A DNA stretch of 64,000 bases from a virus (Duplodnaviria > Caudoviricetes), in the IMG/VR virus record IMGVR_UViG_3300020045_001604, positions 9,788 to 73,787 of that record. One strand, written 5' to 3'. The notes beneath the pieces were generated by a model, which worked only from the letters and a program-made list of their open reading frames with translations, ran no database searches and was not told the origin of the DNA. Shown here piece after piece: positions 23,026 to 32,885 of this stretch. A program made the translations under genes and the position numbers. Position 1 is the stretch's first letter. Every line of letters starts with the position of its first letter.

Positions 23026-25443
23026 ATGGTAACAATATTTGCTAATATAAAACAAACTGAGACGCCATTCTTTCGACCAATCGAAAAGATACTAGAACGC
23101 ACCAGAGATGGTCACTCCAAGGAGCTAGTAGAAAAGATCCGAAAAGAAAAGGACAAGTCGCTCAGAAATATTATGAAGCAGTCACTACCAGCGATATGCT
23201 TCTCGGGTACATTTAATAAAAGACTCGACACCGCGCTAGTAGAACACAGTGGATATATATGCCTAGACTTTGATGGGTATGCTACAGCTAAGGAGATGAA
23301 GATGGAAAAGGATATATTATCTACAGACAACTATGTTTACTCTGTGTTTATATCCCCATCAGGAGACGGACTGAAGGTACTCGTTAAGATACCTAAGGAT
23401 CCAGACAATCACAAGAACTACTTTAACGCACTAGAGAAGCACTTCGACTCTCCTCAGTTTGATAAGGCGTGTAAGAACATATCACGCGTTTGCTACGAGT
23501 CATATGATCCAGCAATATACATCAACGAGGATTCTGAAGAGTGGACAGAGATAGCTGAGCATGAGTACGTTGAGAAGGAGAAGTTCAACTCTCAGCCAAC
23601 CATACCAATAACAAACGAGAATAAGATCGTTGACATCCTAATGAAGTGGTGGACTAAAAGATACGGACTGGTAGACGGAGAGCGTAACAACAATGTGTTT
23701 ATATTGGCATCAGCGTTTAACGAGTACGGTATATCTCAGTCACTGGCCGAGTATGTTATGAGTCAGTTTCAGGCTAAGGACTTTCCTATGTCTGAGATTA
23801 ACACAGCCATTCAGTCTGCATATAGAAACACGAGCAAGCACGGTACAAAGTTCTACGAGGACGACGACAAGCTGGCTCAGGTACGTCAAAAGATTAAGAG
23901 AGGAGTGTCCAAGAAGGATATCAAGTCTGAGCTTATGACTACAGCGCTAGACGAGAACACAATCGATACGGTGATTAGCACAATAGATCAGGACGAGTCG
24001 GCCAAGAAGTTCTGGACCAAGTCAGACAAGGGATCTATCAGTATAGTTCACTATCTATTCAAGGAGTTCTTAGAGGACAACGGGTTCTATAAGTTCACAC
24101 CGTCTGGTAGTAAGAGTTCTATATTTGTAAGGGTAACCAACAACCTCATCAACCACACATCTGACGATGAGATCAAGGACTTTGTTTTGACGTATCTAGA
24201 AGGACTTGACGACCTGTCAATCTATAACTACTTTGCTGATAAGACGCGCTTCTTTAAGGACGACTTCTTGTCACTACTTACATCAGTTGACGTATCGTTC
24301 ATGGAAGACGATAAGGACAACGCGTACCTATACTATAGAAACTGCGCTGTAAATATCACTAAGGACAAGGTAAACATTATTGACTACCTAGACCTAGGCG
24401 GATACGTATGGAGCGATCAGGTTATCGATAGAGACTTTGATATATGTGAGGTTACGGACTGTGACTACAAGGTATTTATCTCTAACATATCTGGAGGAGA
24501 CGAGAGTAGAATCAAGTCAATGGAGAGTACGATCGGATTCTTATTGCACGGGTACAAGAACTTCTCTTACTGCCCAGCTGTGATACTGAATGATGAGGTG
24601 ATCACTGATAATCCAGAGGGTGGTACAGGTAAGGGATTGTTTGTTAATGCTGTGTCTAAGATGAAGAATACCGCTTCGATCGATGGTAAGCGTTTCAACT
24701 TTGATAGTTCGTTTCCGTACCAGACCATGTCGGTTGACACGCAGGTGCTGTCGTTTGATGACGTTAAGAAGCACTTTGACTTCGAGAGATTATTCTCTGT
24801 TATTACAGAGGGTATTACAATTGAGAAGAAGAACAAGGACGCGATAAAGATACCATTCGATAAGTCTCCAAAGATTATCATCACAACCAACTATGCAATC
24901 AAGGGTAAGGGTAACTCATTCGAGAGACGTAAATGGGAGCTAGAGTTTAAGCAGTTCTACACTAAGGAGTTTACGCCACAGGTTGAGTTCGGTAGGTTAT
25001 TGTTTAGCGAGTGGGACGAGGATGAGTGGTGTCGATTCGATAACTACATGATCAACAACTTACAGGCCTACTTAACTACTGGACTAATCAAGAGTACGTT
25101 CGTTAACTTGAAGATCAGAAAGTTATCAGCCGAGACGTGTCATGAGTTCATTGATTGGTGTGGACTTATTGATGGTAAGGCGCATAGTGATAAGTTGAAG
25201 ACCAACACTGTAATTTATAAGCAGGACCTTTACGTTGACTTTATTCAAGACAATCCAGACTTTGCCCCTAAGGCCAAGATGACTATCTCTAGAAACATGT
25301 TCTATAAGTGGCTAGACTCGTACGGGGTATTTATATCTGGGGTACAACCAATAGAGGGTAGAGACATGAACGGAAGATGGATAAAGTTTGTAGACAAACC
25401 GCAGACAGAAAAACCAAAAGATGAACCACAACTCTTATTCTGA
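23026..25443 (+). CDS. Primase-helicase: BT4734/VirE N-terminal primase-like domain, PriCT and SF3-like P-loop ATPase
   Basis: LPAICFSGTF..R, ICLDFD, FISPSGDGLK, RVCY.SYDP; GERNNNVF; NPEGGTGKG Walker A, FDD Walker B, IIITTNY. Confidence 0.85.
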   Translation: MVTIFANIKQTETPFFRPIEKILERTRDGHSKELVEKIRKEKDKSLRNIMKQSLPAICFSGTFNKRLDTALVEHSGYICLDFDGYATAKEMKMEKDILSTDNYVYSVFISPSGDGLKVLVKIPKDPDNHKNYFNALEKHFDSPQFDKACKNISRVCYESYDPAIYINEDSEEWTEIAEHEYVEKEKFNSQPTIPITNENKIVDILMKWWTKRYGLVDGERNNNVFILASAFNEYGISQSLAEYVMSQFQAKDFPMSEINTAIQSAYRNTSKHGTKFYEDDDKLAQVRQKIKRGVSKKDIKSELMTTALDENTIDTVISTIDQDESAKKFWTKSDKGSISIVHYLFKEFLEDNGFYKFTPSGSKSSIFVRVTNNLINHTSDDEIKDFVLTYLEGLDDLSIYNYFADKTRFFKDDFLSLLTSVDVSFMEDDKDNAYLYYRNCAVNITKDKVNIIDYLDLGGYVWSDQVIDRDFDICEVTDCDYKVFISNISGGDESRIKSMESTIGFLLHGYKNFSYCPAVILNDEVITDNPEGGTGKGLFVNAVSKMKNTASIDGKRFNFDSSFPYQTMSVDTQVLSFDDVKKHFDFERLFSVITEGITIEKKNKDAIKIPFDKSPKIIITTNYAIKGKGNSFERRKWELEFKQFYTKEFTPQVEFGRLLFSEWDEDEWCRFDNYMINNLQAYLTTGLIKSTFVNLKIRKLSAETCHEFIDWCGLIDGKAHSDKLKTNTVIYKQDLYVDFIQDNPDFAPKAKMTISRNMFYKWLDSYGVFISGVQPIEGRDMNGRWIKFVDKPQTEKPKDEPQLLF

Positions 25444-25678
25444 TGCGAAGTGGTGCATTGAGAACGACTATCAGGTTTACATTAAACCAATTGATAGTCA
25501 GTTCTGCATCGCTATAAGACGGGGCGGAATATCCTCGCACGGTAAGGACTGGCGTCAAGAGAAGGGTATAGAATATACCAGCTCAGAGGTGCTAGGTTCT
25601 ATGAGATATAAGACGGTAGAGAAGGCTACCGAGAAGATACCAGAAGTTTATAAGTACTTAAAAGAAAGACACAGATAA
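25421..25678 (+). CDS. Hypothetical protein
   Basis: ORF track. Confidence 0.7.
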   Translation: MNHNSYSDAKWCIENDYQVYIKPIDSQFCIAIRRGGISSHGKDWRQEKGIEYTSSEVLGSMRYKTVEKATEKIPEVYKYLKERHR

Positions 25679-25695
25679 CACTAAAAAAGAAGATT

Positions 25696-25938
25696 ATGAT
25701 TTTGATATTATTATATTTAGCAATTACTATAATTGCCATTACAGTTTGCTATTTTGATGCTAAAGAATATCATTTTACCGTTAAAAATTTCTTAATTGAA
25801 TGTTTACTTGTTGTAATTCTACCGCCGGTTACAGCAGTGTTTTTAGCAAGTAGATTAATTGAGTTTTTTAAAATTAAATTACCAAAATTTAAAATAAATA
25901 CTGATTTTATAAATGAGTTTTTAAATAAAAAATTATGA
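25696..25938 (+). CDS. AT-rich membrane protein
   Basis: Two hydrophobic segments. Confidence 0.6.
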   Translation: MILILLYLAITIIAITVCYFDAKEYHFTVKNFLIECLLVVILPPVTAVFLASRLIEFFKIKLPKFKINTDFINEFLNKKL

Positions 25939-26177
25939 CACTAAAAGAAAAATTTAAACTAATAGAAGGTAACTCTATAACTTGGAGTGCATTTTATGAT
26001 ACGCAAGTGCAAATAGCAGACGATTACGCTATTGAGTTTGCAGAGTGGTGCGATGATAACTATTTTAAAAACGGAAAAGGTAATAGTAATTGGTCAGCTT
26101 CAATGGACTGGGACGACAATGAAAAGTTTACAACAAAAGAATTATTAGAAATATTTAAAAAAGAAAAAGGATGGTAA
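25935..26177 (+). CDS. Small protein, recurrent family (MTLKEKF..IADDYAIEFAEW..TTKELLEIFKKEK)
   Basis: ORF track. Confidence 0.7.
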   Translation: MTLKEKFKLIEGNSITWSAFYDTQVQIADDYAIEFAEWCDDNYFKNGKGNSNWSASMDWDDNEKFTTKELLEIFKKEKGW

Positions 26178-26277
26178 GATTTTGGAGTGAAAGAGATAAG
26201 AATTCAAGAATGTATTTTTATTACGACATAGTTTTAGGATTAGTTTATTATTCAGGAATATAAAAACAAAAGGAATT

Positions 26278-26667
26278 ATGACAATAGATAATATATACAA
26301 GGTTCGATTTGAGAATCATTACGACAAGTATTTCGGATTCTTAAGAAACGAAAAGAAGTTTAGTCTTGGAGACGACGTATTTATTGGTTATGGAAAAGAC
26401 AATATATTCAGAGGCATAATAAGAGGCATCGAACTTAGCGACAATTTAAATCCAGAGATATACTACAAGGTGGATATCCCAAAGGGATTAGTATTTAACT
26501 TTGAGGGTAATGAGGAAACCTCGTTAAGCTTAAATTGTAATTACATATTTAGCTCTTTAGATGATGCTAAAGAATCTAGGATCAGACAGCTAAATAAAAT
26601 GCACAAACTAGAACTTGAAAGTATAGAAAACTTTTTTAATCAGTTTAAAGATGAAGAGGTTTCTTAA
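26278..26667 (+). CDS. Hypothetical protein
   Basis: ORF track. Confidence 0.7.
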   Translation: MTIDNIYKVRFENHYDKYFGFLRNEKKFSLGDDVFIGYGKDNIFRGIIRGIELSDNLNPEIYYKVDIPKGLVFNFEGNEETSLSLNCNYIFSSLDDAKESRIRQLNKMHKLELESIENFFNQFKDEEVS

Positions 26668-26842
26668 GTACACCATAGTATGGATAGCAAGTAACCTAGC
26701 TATACCGTTCTGGGTAGTAGGTCACGTGCACTTATCTATTAATGTTTACGAGGATATACGAGAGATCATCGCTTCATTCGGCATGAATATTTTAGTACTA
26801 ATAGGATTTTTAATTCAGTATAAAGATGAAGACAGGAATTGA
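26651..26842 (+). CDS. Two-TM membrane protein
   Basis: Hydrophobic segments; coupled to neighbours. Confidence 0.65.
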   Translation: MKRFLKYTIVWIASNLAIPFWVVGHVHLSINVYEDIREIIASFGMNILVLIGFLIQYKDEDRN

Positions 26843-27152
26843 ATTATCATTAACGCTACAGCTAGCACTGGAGTTAATGGACGAGATGAGGTTGAAAGGT
26901 AAAACAAAGAACCTAGCGAACTTACTCAAGAACGATATTGAAAAAGATGTTGTTAACAACTACAACACGATGTACAAGAACGGCCCGCAGATGGTAACAA
27001 ACTTAATGAACTCTAGACACAGACTAATCAGTCAAATAGCAGAGTTTGATGAGCCTGATTTATTACTACTGTCACATATTATTAATCATGTGGTGGACAA
27101 CATTGATAAGGCCAGAGAGAACAGGGTATTATTTTTAAATGAACTACTATGA
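26826..27152 (+). CDS. Hypothetical protein
   Basis: ORF track. Confidence 0.7.
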   Translation: MKTGIELSLTLQLALELMDEMRLKGKTKNLANLLKNDIEKDVVNNYNTMYKNGPQMVTNLMNSRHRLISQIAEFDEPDLLLLSHIINHVVDNIDKARENRVLFLNELL

Positions 27153-27523
27153 AAGCACAAGAATTAAGAATTGGGAATTTAGTTGAATTTAAAGGTCAAA
27201 TAGAAACTGCCTATCAAATAAAAAATAGTGGTATTGATTTTTTAAGAGGAACAACTCAAAAAGGTATAATTTATCAATCTTATGTATGGGAAGCAATTAA
27301 CCCAATTCCATTAAAAGGAGAATGGTTTTTAAAATTTGGATTTAATGAACACGCTATTGGATATTATAATAAAAACCAAAACATAGTTATAGGTTATGCA
27401 AATACAGGTATGTATGAATATAGATTAAGAGAATTTGGAACAATTATAAAATATGTACACCAACTTCAAAACTTATACTTTGCGCTTACTGGAGAAGAAT
27501 TAACATTAAAAGAACAGCTATGA
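27149..27523 (+). CDS. Hypothetical protein, recurrent Bacteroidota phage family
   Basis: ELRIGNLV...PIPL..EW.LKFGF...IKYVHQLQNLYFALTGEEL. Confidence 0.75.
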   Translation: MKAQELRIGNLVEFKGQIETAYQIKNSGIDFLRGTTQKGIIYQSYVWEAINPIPLKGEWFLKFGFNEHAIGYYNKNQNIVIGYANTGMYEYRLREFGTIIKYVHQLQNLYFALTGEELTLKEQL

Positions 27524-27894
27524 CACTAAACTACAGAGAGGTAGCGTTTGTACTTAACAAACCTTCCGCAGAAATAAAGACTAAGTTTCAGGAGCTATTA
27601 AAGATAGATAAAGTATCTATCAAGGATGAGGTTCATATTGACGACCTATCATGGCAATTTGGAAGCATAAAGTCTGTTGATCAAAGGTACGATGGGCTAC
27701 CGTTATTTCCTTTCTACTTGCGTGAATGTAAGAAGTCATTTAGGAATTATCTAAATGAAAAATCATGCATCAAGGCTAAGAAGTTTACCAGTGGACGCAC
27801 TATATTTTATAAGACATTGACACCGGAAGAAATTGAGTTTTGCAATAACAACTTAGCTTATAAATACAAAGAGGTATATGGAAAAAAAGCTTAG
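27520..27894 (+). CDS. Hypothetical protein
   Basis: ORF track. Confidence 0.65.
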   Translation: MTLNYREVAFVLNKPSAEIKTKFQELLKIDKVSIKDEVHIDDLSWQFGSIKSVDQRYDGLPLFPFYLRECKKSFRNYLNEKSCIKAKKFTSGRTIFYKTLTPEEIEFCNNNLAYKYKEVYGKKA

Positions 27895-29110
27895 AGATTA
27901 TCAGGTAGACATAGCAAATAAGGCGGTGAAGATTTTAAAAGTAAACAAAATTGTTTATTTAGCAGCAGAGGTTCGTTGCGGCAAGACACTTATGGCTCTT
28001 GAAACTGCCAGGTTATTTGGAGCCAACAAAGTACTGTTCCTTACTAAGAAGAAAGCTATCAGTTCTATTGTTGGAGATTATAACGACTTCAACTACGCAC
28101 AGTACTTCTCAATAGAAGTGATGAATGATGAGTCCATGCACAAACTTGTAGGTGATTATGATCTTGTAGTGCACGACGAGAGTCATAGGTTCGGATCATT
28201 CCCTAAGCCAGGTGTTGGAGCTAAAACATTCAAGAAGATGTTCGCTGGTCTGCCAATGATATTTCTAAGTGGAACCATGAGCCCCGAGAGTTATAGTCAG
28301 TTGTACCATCAGTTCTGGGTTTCTAACGCGTCACCGTTCAGGAAGTATACTAACTTCTATAAGTGGGCTAACGACTTCGTTAAGATTAAGAAGAAGTACC
28401 TAGGATCACATGAGGTTAACGACTACTCCGATGCCGACAGAGAAAAAGTGATGAGTGTGATAAAAGACTACGTCATCACCTTTACGCAGGAGCAGGCCGG
28501 ATTTAGCTCTGAAATTGAGGAGGAGATACTTTATGTATTGATGAGTCCACTCACATACAGCATGTGTAGTCGATTAAAAAAGGATTTGGTAGTCGAAGGT
28601 AAAGAGGAGGTTATTTTAGCCGACACACCGGTTAAATTACAGCAGAAATTACACCAGATGTACTCAGGTACGGTTAAGTTTGAGTCTGGTAACTCTATGG
28701 TATTTGACACATCTAAGGCTGGATTTATCAAGAATAGGTTTTATGGTAACAAGATAGGTATATTCTATAAGTTTAAGGCAGAGTTAGACGCGCTAAAGGA
28801 AGTGTTCAAGGATAAATTGACAACCGACATCGACGAGTTTAACGAAACCGATAAGTCTATAGCGTTACAGATCGTATCTGGCCGTGAGGGTATTAGTCTT
28901 AGAAATGCTGATTACTTAGTGTTCTACAATATTGACTTCTCTGCAACCAGCTACTGGCAGGCACGAGACAGGATGACTACTATGGACCGAAAGTTTAATA
29001 AAGTCTACTGGATATTTGCTCAGGGCGGTATAGAGTCGCACGTGTATAAACAAGTACTTAACAAAAAGAACTTTACGTTATCACATTTTAAGGCTGTAGC
29101 CTTAAAGTAA
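27878..29110 (+). CDS. SF2 (SNF2-like) helicase
   Basis: LRDYQ, EVRCGKT, DESH, LSGT, SGREGISL, YWQARDR. Confidence 0.85.
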   Translation: MEKKLRDYQVDIANKAVKILKVNKIVYLAAEVRCGKTLMALETARLFGANKVLFLTKKKAISSIVGDYNDFNYAQYFSIEVMNDESMHKLVGDYDLVVHDESHRFGSFPKPGVGAKTFKKMFAGLPMIFLSGTMSPESYSQLYHQFWVSNASPFRKYTNFYKWANDFVKIKKKYLGSHEVNDYSDADREKVMSVIKDYVITFTQEQAGFSSEIEEEILYVLMSPLTYSMCSRLKKDLVVEGKEEVILADTPVKLQQKLHQMYSGTVKFESGNSMVFDTSKAGFIKNRFYGNKIGIFYKFKAELDALKEVFKDKLTTDIDEFNETDKSIALQIVSGREGISLRNADYLVFYNIDFSATSYWQARDRMTTMDRKFNKVYWIFAQGGIESHVYKQVLNKKNFTLSHFKAVALK

Positions 29111-29292
29111 ATACGGTAACGTAAGGTTATAACCTTAAAAATCATGACAGAAAAAGAAAAATATATAGGAGCTTTTTTAGATGGTTACTTTTCAGATAAA
29201 CTTTTAAATTATGGATTTACTTATTTTAATGAAGTCGAAAATGCTACTAAGTTAGCAAAGAAGAAATGGAAACAATATAAAAAGCAAAGTTT

Positions 29293-29490
29293 ATGACAGC
29301 AAAAGAAAAAGCAAAAGAGTTATTTGATAAATTTGAAGACAAATTAATATCAAGCCATACTATATTTTTAGGAGAAGCTAAAAAACAATGTGCCTTAATA
29401 GCAATTGATGAGATATTAAATTTACCTTTTGAATTTGAAGCAGAAAGAAAATATTGGCATGAAGTTAAACAAGAAATAGAAAAGTTATGA
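29293..29490 (+). CDS. Small protein, family A
   Basis: MTAKEKAKEL...QCALIAIDE...YWHEVKQEIEKL. Confidence 0.75.
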   Translation: MTAKEKAKELFDKFEDKLISSHTIFLGEAKKQCALIAIDEILNLPFEFEAERKYWHEVKQEIEKL

Positions 29491-29684
29491 GGCCAAAAGA
29501 AAAAGCAAAAGAGTTAGTAGAATTGTATTGTCAATTGTTATCAATTAGAGACTACGAAAACAATGAAAAGGCAAAACAATGTGCTTTAATAGCGGTTGAT
29601 GTTCTTATAAAAGAAAATTACCCAAGAGATATAAAAAGATGTGAATATTTTAATGAAGTTAAACGAGAAATAGAAAAGTTATGA
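29487..29684 (+). CDS. Small protein, family A (tandem)
   Basis: MRPKEKAKEL...QCALIAVD...EVKREIEKL. Confidence 0.75.
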   Translation: MRPKEKAKELVELYCQLLSIRDYENNEKAKQCALIAVDVLIKENYPRDIKRCEYFNEVKREIEKL

Positions 29685-29899
29685 TATTTGAAATAGATTT
29701 TAATAGAACAAGTGACGATAAATTTTTAACTGAAAAATTAGGAGCTAATTATGTTGATGATTTTATATTAACTATAGACGTGAAAGACTTTGATCATTTA
29801 GAAAAAATTTTAGATCTAGTTGACGAAGAGCTTGGTGATTTTTTCTCTGCTGTTATTTCATTTGATCCGCCAACAATTTACTTAGACAATAAGGTATGA
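29681..29899 (+). CDS. Acidic hypothetical protein
   Basis: ORF track. Confidence 0.65.
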   Translation: MIFEIDFNRTSDDKFLTEKLGANYVDDFILTIDVKDFDHLEKILDLVDEELGDFFSAVISFDPPTIYLDNKV

Positions 29900-30096
29900 G
29901 GCCACTACACAAATTTAATAACTGCGACGGAGCCACTCTATGCAACAACTGTAGAGCGATAATTAATATAGGATTCACTGACACATTATACTGTAACAAA
30001 TGTAAAGGATATGGCAAGCAAGCATCAAGCGAAGGTAAAGAAGAAGTACGAGAACGAGGGTTGGATAGTGATAAACACGATAAAGCTAAGCGTTAG
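29896..30096 (+). CDS. Cys-rich hypothetical protein
   Basis: KFNNCDGATLCNNC...YCNKC. Confidence 0.5.
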   Translation: MRPLHKFNNCDGATLCNNCRAIINIGFTDTLYCNKCKGYGKQASSEGKEEVRERGLDSDKHDKAKR

Positions 30097-30265
30097 TGGT
30101 TATCCAGACTTATTCTGTTTCAAGGACGGAAGAACTATTTTTATAGAGTGCAAGGAGGGTGGAGACACGCTAAAGCCACTACAGAAATTTAGAATAGATG
30201 AATTAATTAAACAAGGTTTTGAGGCGTTCTGCCTACACGACACTAAAGGAAAGATATACCCATGA
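30011..30265 (+). CDS. VRR-NUC domain nuclease
   Basis: GYPDL...FIECKE...LKPLQKFRIDEL...GF. Confidence 0.8.
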   Translation: MASKHQAKVKKKYENEGWIVINTIKLSVSGYPDLFCFKDGRTIFIECKEGGDTLKPLQKFRIDELIKQGFEAFCLHDTKGKIYP

Positions 30266-30726
30266 CAAAGAAATTTAAAAGAGATGAAAAAGAACTAAAA
30301 GATATCTCAGATAAAGTAAAGGAATATATTAAGTATGAGATGGACGTAGACGTCAATAGAAATTGCAGAGAGCAAAAACAGATAGATGCCAGATGTATGT
30401 ATTCAAAGATACTTTATGAATACTATTACTTTACATATCAGCAAATAGCAGATACTATCGGAAAGAATCATGGAACTATAATTAACTCATTAAGAATGTT
30501 TGATTATAATATACGCCCATACAAAAGAATGTATGCGATGTATAGCAAGATATTGTTAGCTCTAGATATTACTACTGTAGAAAAAGAAAGATACTTAGAA
30601 TTAACATATGGAAGATACGAAATAAACGATAAAGCAAAGAAGTTATTTGACTTGGTGAATAAAGTTCCTGACGACAAACTAGAGTTAACGTATAAATTGA
30701 TAGAAACATTGTTAGAAACATATTGA
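30262..30726 (+). CDS. DnaA C-terminal-like HTH protein
   Basis: DAR.MY...FTYQQIADTIGKNHGTIINSL. Confidence 0.65.
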   Translation: MTKKFKRDEKELKDISDKVKEYIKYEMDVDVNRNCREQKQIDARCMYSKILYEYYYFTYQQIADTIGKNHGTIINSLRMFDYNIRPYKRMYAMYSKILLALDITTVEKERYLELTYGRYEINDKAKKLFDLVNKVPDDKLELTYKLIETLLETY

Positions 30727-30921
30727 TTTTGTTAAAAACTTATTTACATGTTGATTGCTATATGCTTTAACTTTACAAACAAAAAACTATTATGGAAAAT
30801 ATTCAACAGATTATCAAGGACATAAATGATCAGACCGATGCAATTTATGAGGGAATGTGTGATTCAGAAAAACAAGAGGTACTAGACGCTATAAACGAAT
30901 TAAGAAAAATTTTAAAATATA

Positions 30922-31353
30922 TTGAAAATGAAATCAATTAAAAAGGGACAACAGTACAGATGTATTAAGGACTACATAATGAATGATGGTACGCTAGCGT
31001 ATAAGTCCGGATGGACATATGAGGCCACTGGAAAAAATATACTACCTTCTTTGTTTGACCCTACGCATCAGATGGATAAGTCAGATGATTTTAAAGATCA
31101 CTTTAAGAGAGTAAAAAATAACCCAGAGGCATATATACAGAACATTCCTGTTATATTTGAAACTGTAAAGACAGACTCTATTGTTGAGTCAGTAATCAAA
31201 AAGTTTAAGAGTAGATCTGATGTAGGAATCAAAAAGTATGGTACAACATTAGCAGGAAATGATAAGTTAACCACACTACAATGGATAGACGAGGCTCAAG
31301 CTGAAGCCATGGATTTTTGCTTGTATTTAGAACGTCTTAAAAAAGAATTTTAA
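30922..31353 (+). CDS. Hypothetical protein with putative all-alpha NTP-pyrophosphatase-like C-terminus
   Basis: SRSDVGIKKYGTTL...WIDEAQAEAMDFCLYLERL. Confidence 0.45.
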   Translation: MKMKSIKKGQQYRCIKDYIMNDGTLAYKSGWTYEATGKNILPSLFDPTHQMDKSDDFKDHFKRVKNNPEAYIQNIPVIFETVKTDSIVESVIKKFKSRSDVGIKKYGTTLAGNDKLTTLQWIDEAQAEAMDFCLYLERLKKEF

Positions 31354-31381
31354 TGGGCAATAGTATAGAATTATTTTTTTG

Positions 31382-31389
31382 TATATTTG
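31382..31389 (+). promoter_or_regulatory. -7 box TATATTTG upstream of the HNH gene
   Basis: Matches TAnnTTTG; implies the true start is 31409 or 31415. Confidence 0.55.
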
Positions 31390-31414
31390 CATATACTATA
31401 AAATAATAATGTAT

Positions 31415-31912
31415 ATGAGTAAAACAAGTATTACATGTAAAGGATGTAACAAGACTTATGAAGTTACAACTCAATCTGCTAAAAGAAATAAAACTGGATA
31501 TTGTAGACAATGCCATTCAAAACATGTACAAACAGGAGTTAAAAGACCGCAATTTTCTGGAGAAAATAGTGGGCGATGGGGAGGTGGTGAATACATAAGT
31601 TCTGATGGATATATAATGACCAAAATACCAGATAAATTTTTAGAATCAGGAAGACAACTTTATAAAAGAAAACATATAGTTATATATGAACAATATATAG
31701 GAAGAGAACTAAAAACGACAAAAGGTGGAGCTGGTGAACAGCTACATCATATTGATGGAGATAAACAAAACAATGTTATTGATAACTTACTATTATGTAA
31801 AAATGTATCAGAACATAGGTTAATACATGACTCTCTTGAGAAAGTTGCTTTCGAACTATATAAACAAGGAGTTATAAAATTTAATAAAGAAGCAAAAATA
31901 TATTATTTATGA
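31415..31912 (+). CDS. HNH endonuclease with N-terminal Zn finger
   Basis: CKGC..CRQC; HHIDGDKQNN.IDNL.L...EH..IH. Confidence 0.85.
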   Translation: MSKTSITCKGCNKTYEVTTQSAKRNKTGYCRQCHSKHVQTGVKRPQFSGENSGRWGGGEYISSDGYIMTKIPDKFLESGRQLYKRKHIVIYEQYIGRELKTTKGGAGEQLHHIDGDKQNNVIDNLLLCKNVSEHRLIHDSLEKVAFELYKQGVIKFNKEAKIYYL

Positions 31913-32556
31913 GCGTAGAATTAATTTCACATTACGGAGATGATGTAATGATTACAAATGTAGCCAGGGTTAGTTATGGTAAAGATGCTTCTAATTATAC
32001 TGAAGAACAAAACGGAAAACTAATCAATTATTTAGTAAATCATAAACACACTAGCCCTTTTAGACATCCTCAATTACAGTTTAGAATTAAATGCCCTATT
32101 TACGTAGAGCGTCAGTTACATAAACATCAAGTTGGGATTTCTGTAAATAGTATATCTGGTAGATATGTTGACTTCTCTGATTCATATTATAAGATTCCTT
32201 TTGGTGAATGGAGAAAACAATCAACATCAAGTAAACAAGGTAGCGAAGGATTTATTGAAAACCAAGAAGAATGTGATTATGTTCAAAATGAGGTATTATT
32301 TATTTGTAAAAAAGCATATCAACACTTACTCAGTTTAGGAGTTAGCAAAGAACAAGCTCGTTCAGTACTTCCTTTATCTTTAGAGACTGAGTTTATTTGG
32401 ACAGGGAGTTTGCTTGCGTTCTTTCACATGTGTAATCTTAGGTTAAAAGATGATACTCAGAAAGAAACTAGAGACGTAGTATCGGACATGCTGGACTTAG
32501 TTAAGAACATAGATGGAAATCCATTTGAACACACATTAAAAGCGTTTAAATTATGA
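31909..32556 (+). CDS. thyX: Flavin-dependent thymidylate synthase
   Basis: ARVSY, HTSPF.H, RQLHKH...NSISGRY, EQARSVLP, LR....TQ.E. Confidence 0.93.
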   Translation: MSVELISHYGDDVMITNVARVSYGKDASNYTEEQNGKLINYLVNHKHTSPFRHPQLQFRIKCPIYVERQLHKHQVGISVNSISGRYVDFSDSYYKIPFGEWRKQSTSSKQGSEGFIENQEECDYVQNEVLFICKKAYQHLLSLGVSKEQARSVLPLSLETEFIWTGSLLAFFHMCNLRLKDDTQKETRDVVSDMLDLVKNIDGNPFEHTLKAFKL

Positions 32557-32777
32557 GATATAGAATAAAGCAAATAGCAGATGATATTTTCATACCGCAA
32601 TGTAGGGAACATTTTTTTTTAACATGGGCTTCTATAGATAATATAAATAATTATGCATGGAATATAACTGAAAAATACTCTTATAATAAAACATATGACG
32701 AAGCATTTAAAGTAATTGAAAATCATAAAAAATATTTAAGAAAAAAAAATAAATACCCTAAATATTATAAAGTATGA
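32553..32777 (+). CDS. Hypothetical protein
   Basis: ORF track; AT-rich. Confidence 0.65.
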   Translation: MRYRIKQIADDIFIPQCREHFFLTWASIDNINNYAWNITEKYSYNKTYDEAFKVIENHKKYLRKKNKYPKYYKV

Positions 32778-32885
32778 AACAAAGCCCACTACAAAGAATA
32801 TACAGAGTAATGAACTACTACTACAAGATGGGTCATAACTCTGAGAGAGTAAACAAGGTATATAAAAACATTTTAAAACAAAGAT

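Noticed and set aside
17032-29684. Family A and B repeats as DGR template/variable repeats
   Set aside because: No reverse transcriptase in the window; shared blocks are only 30-40 nt with too few mismatches to show adenine-specific mutagenesis, and the rest differs by indels
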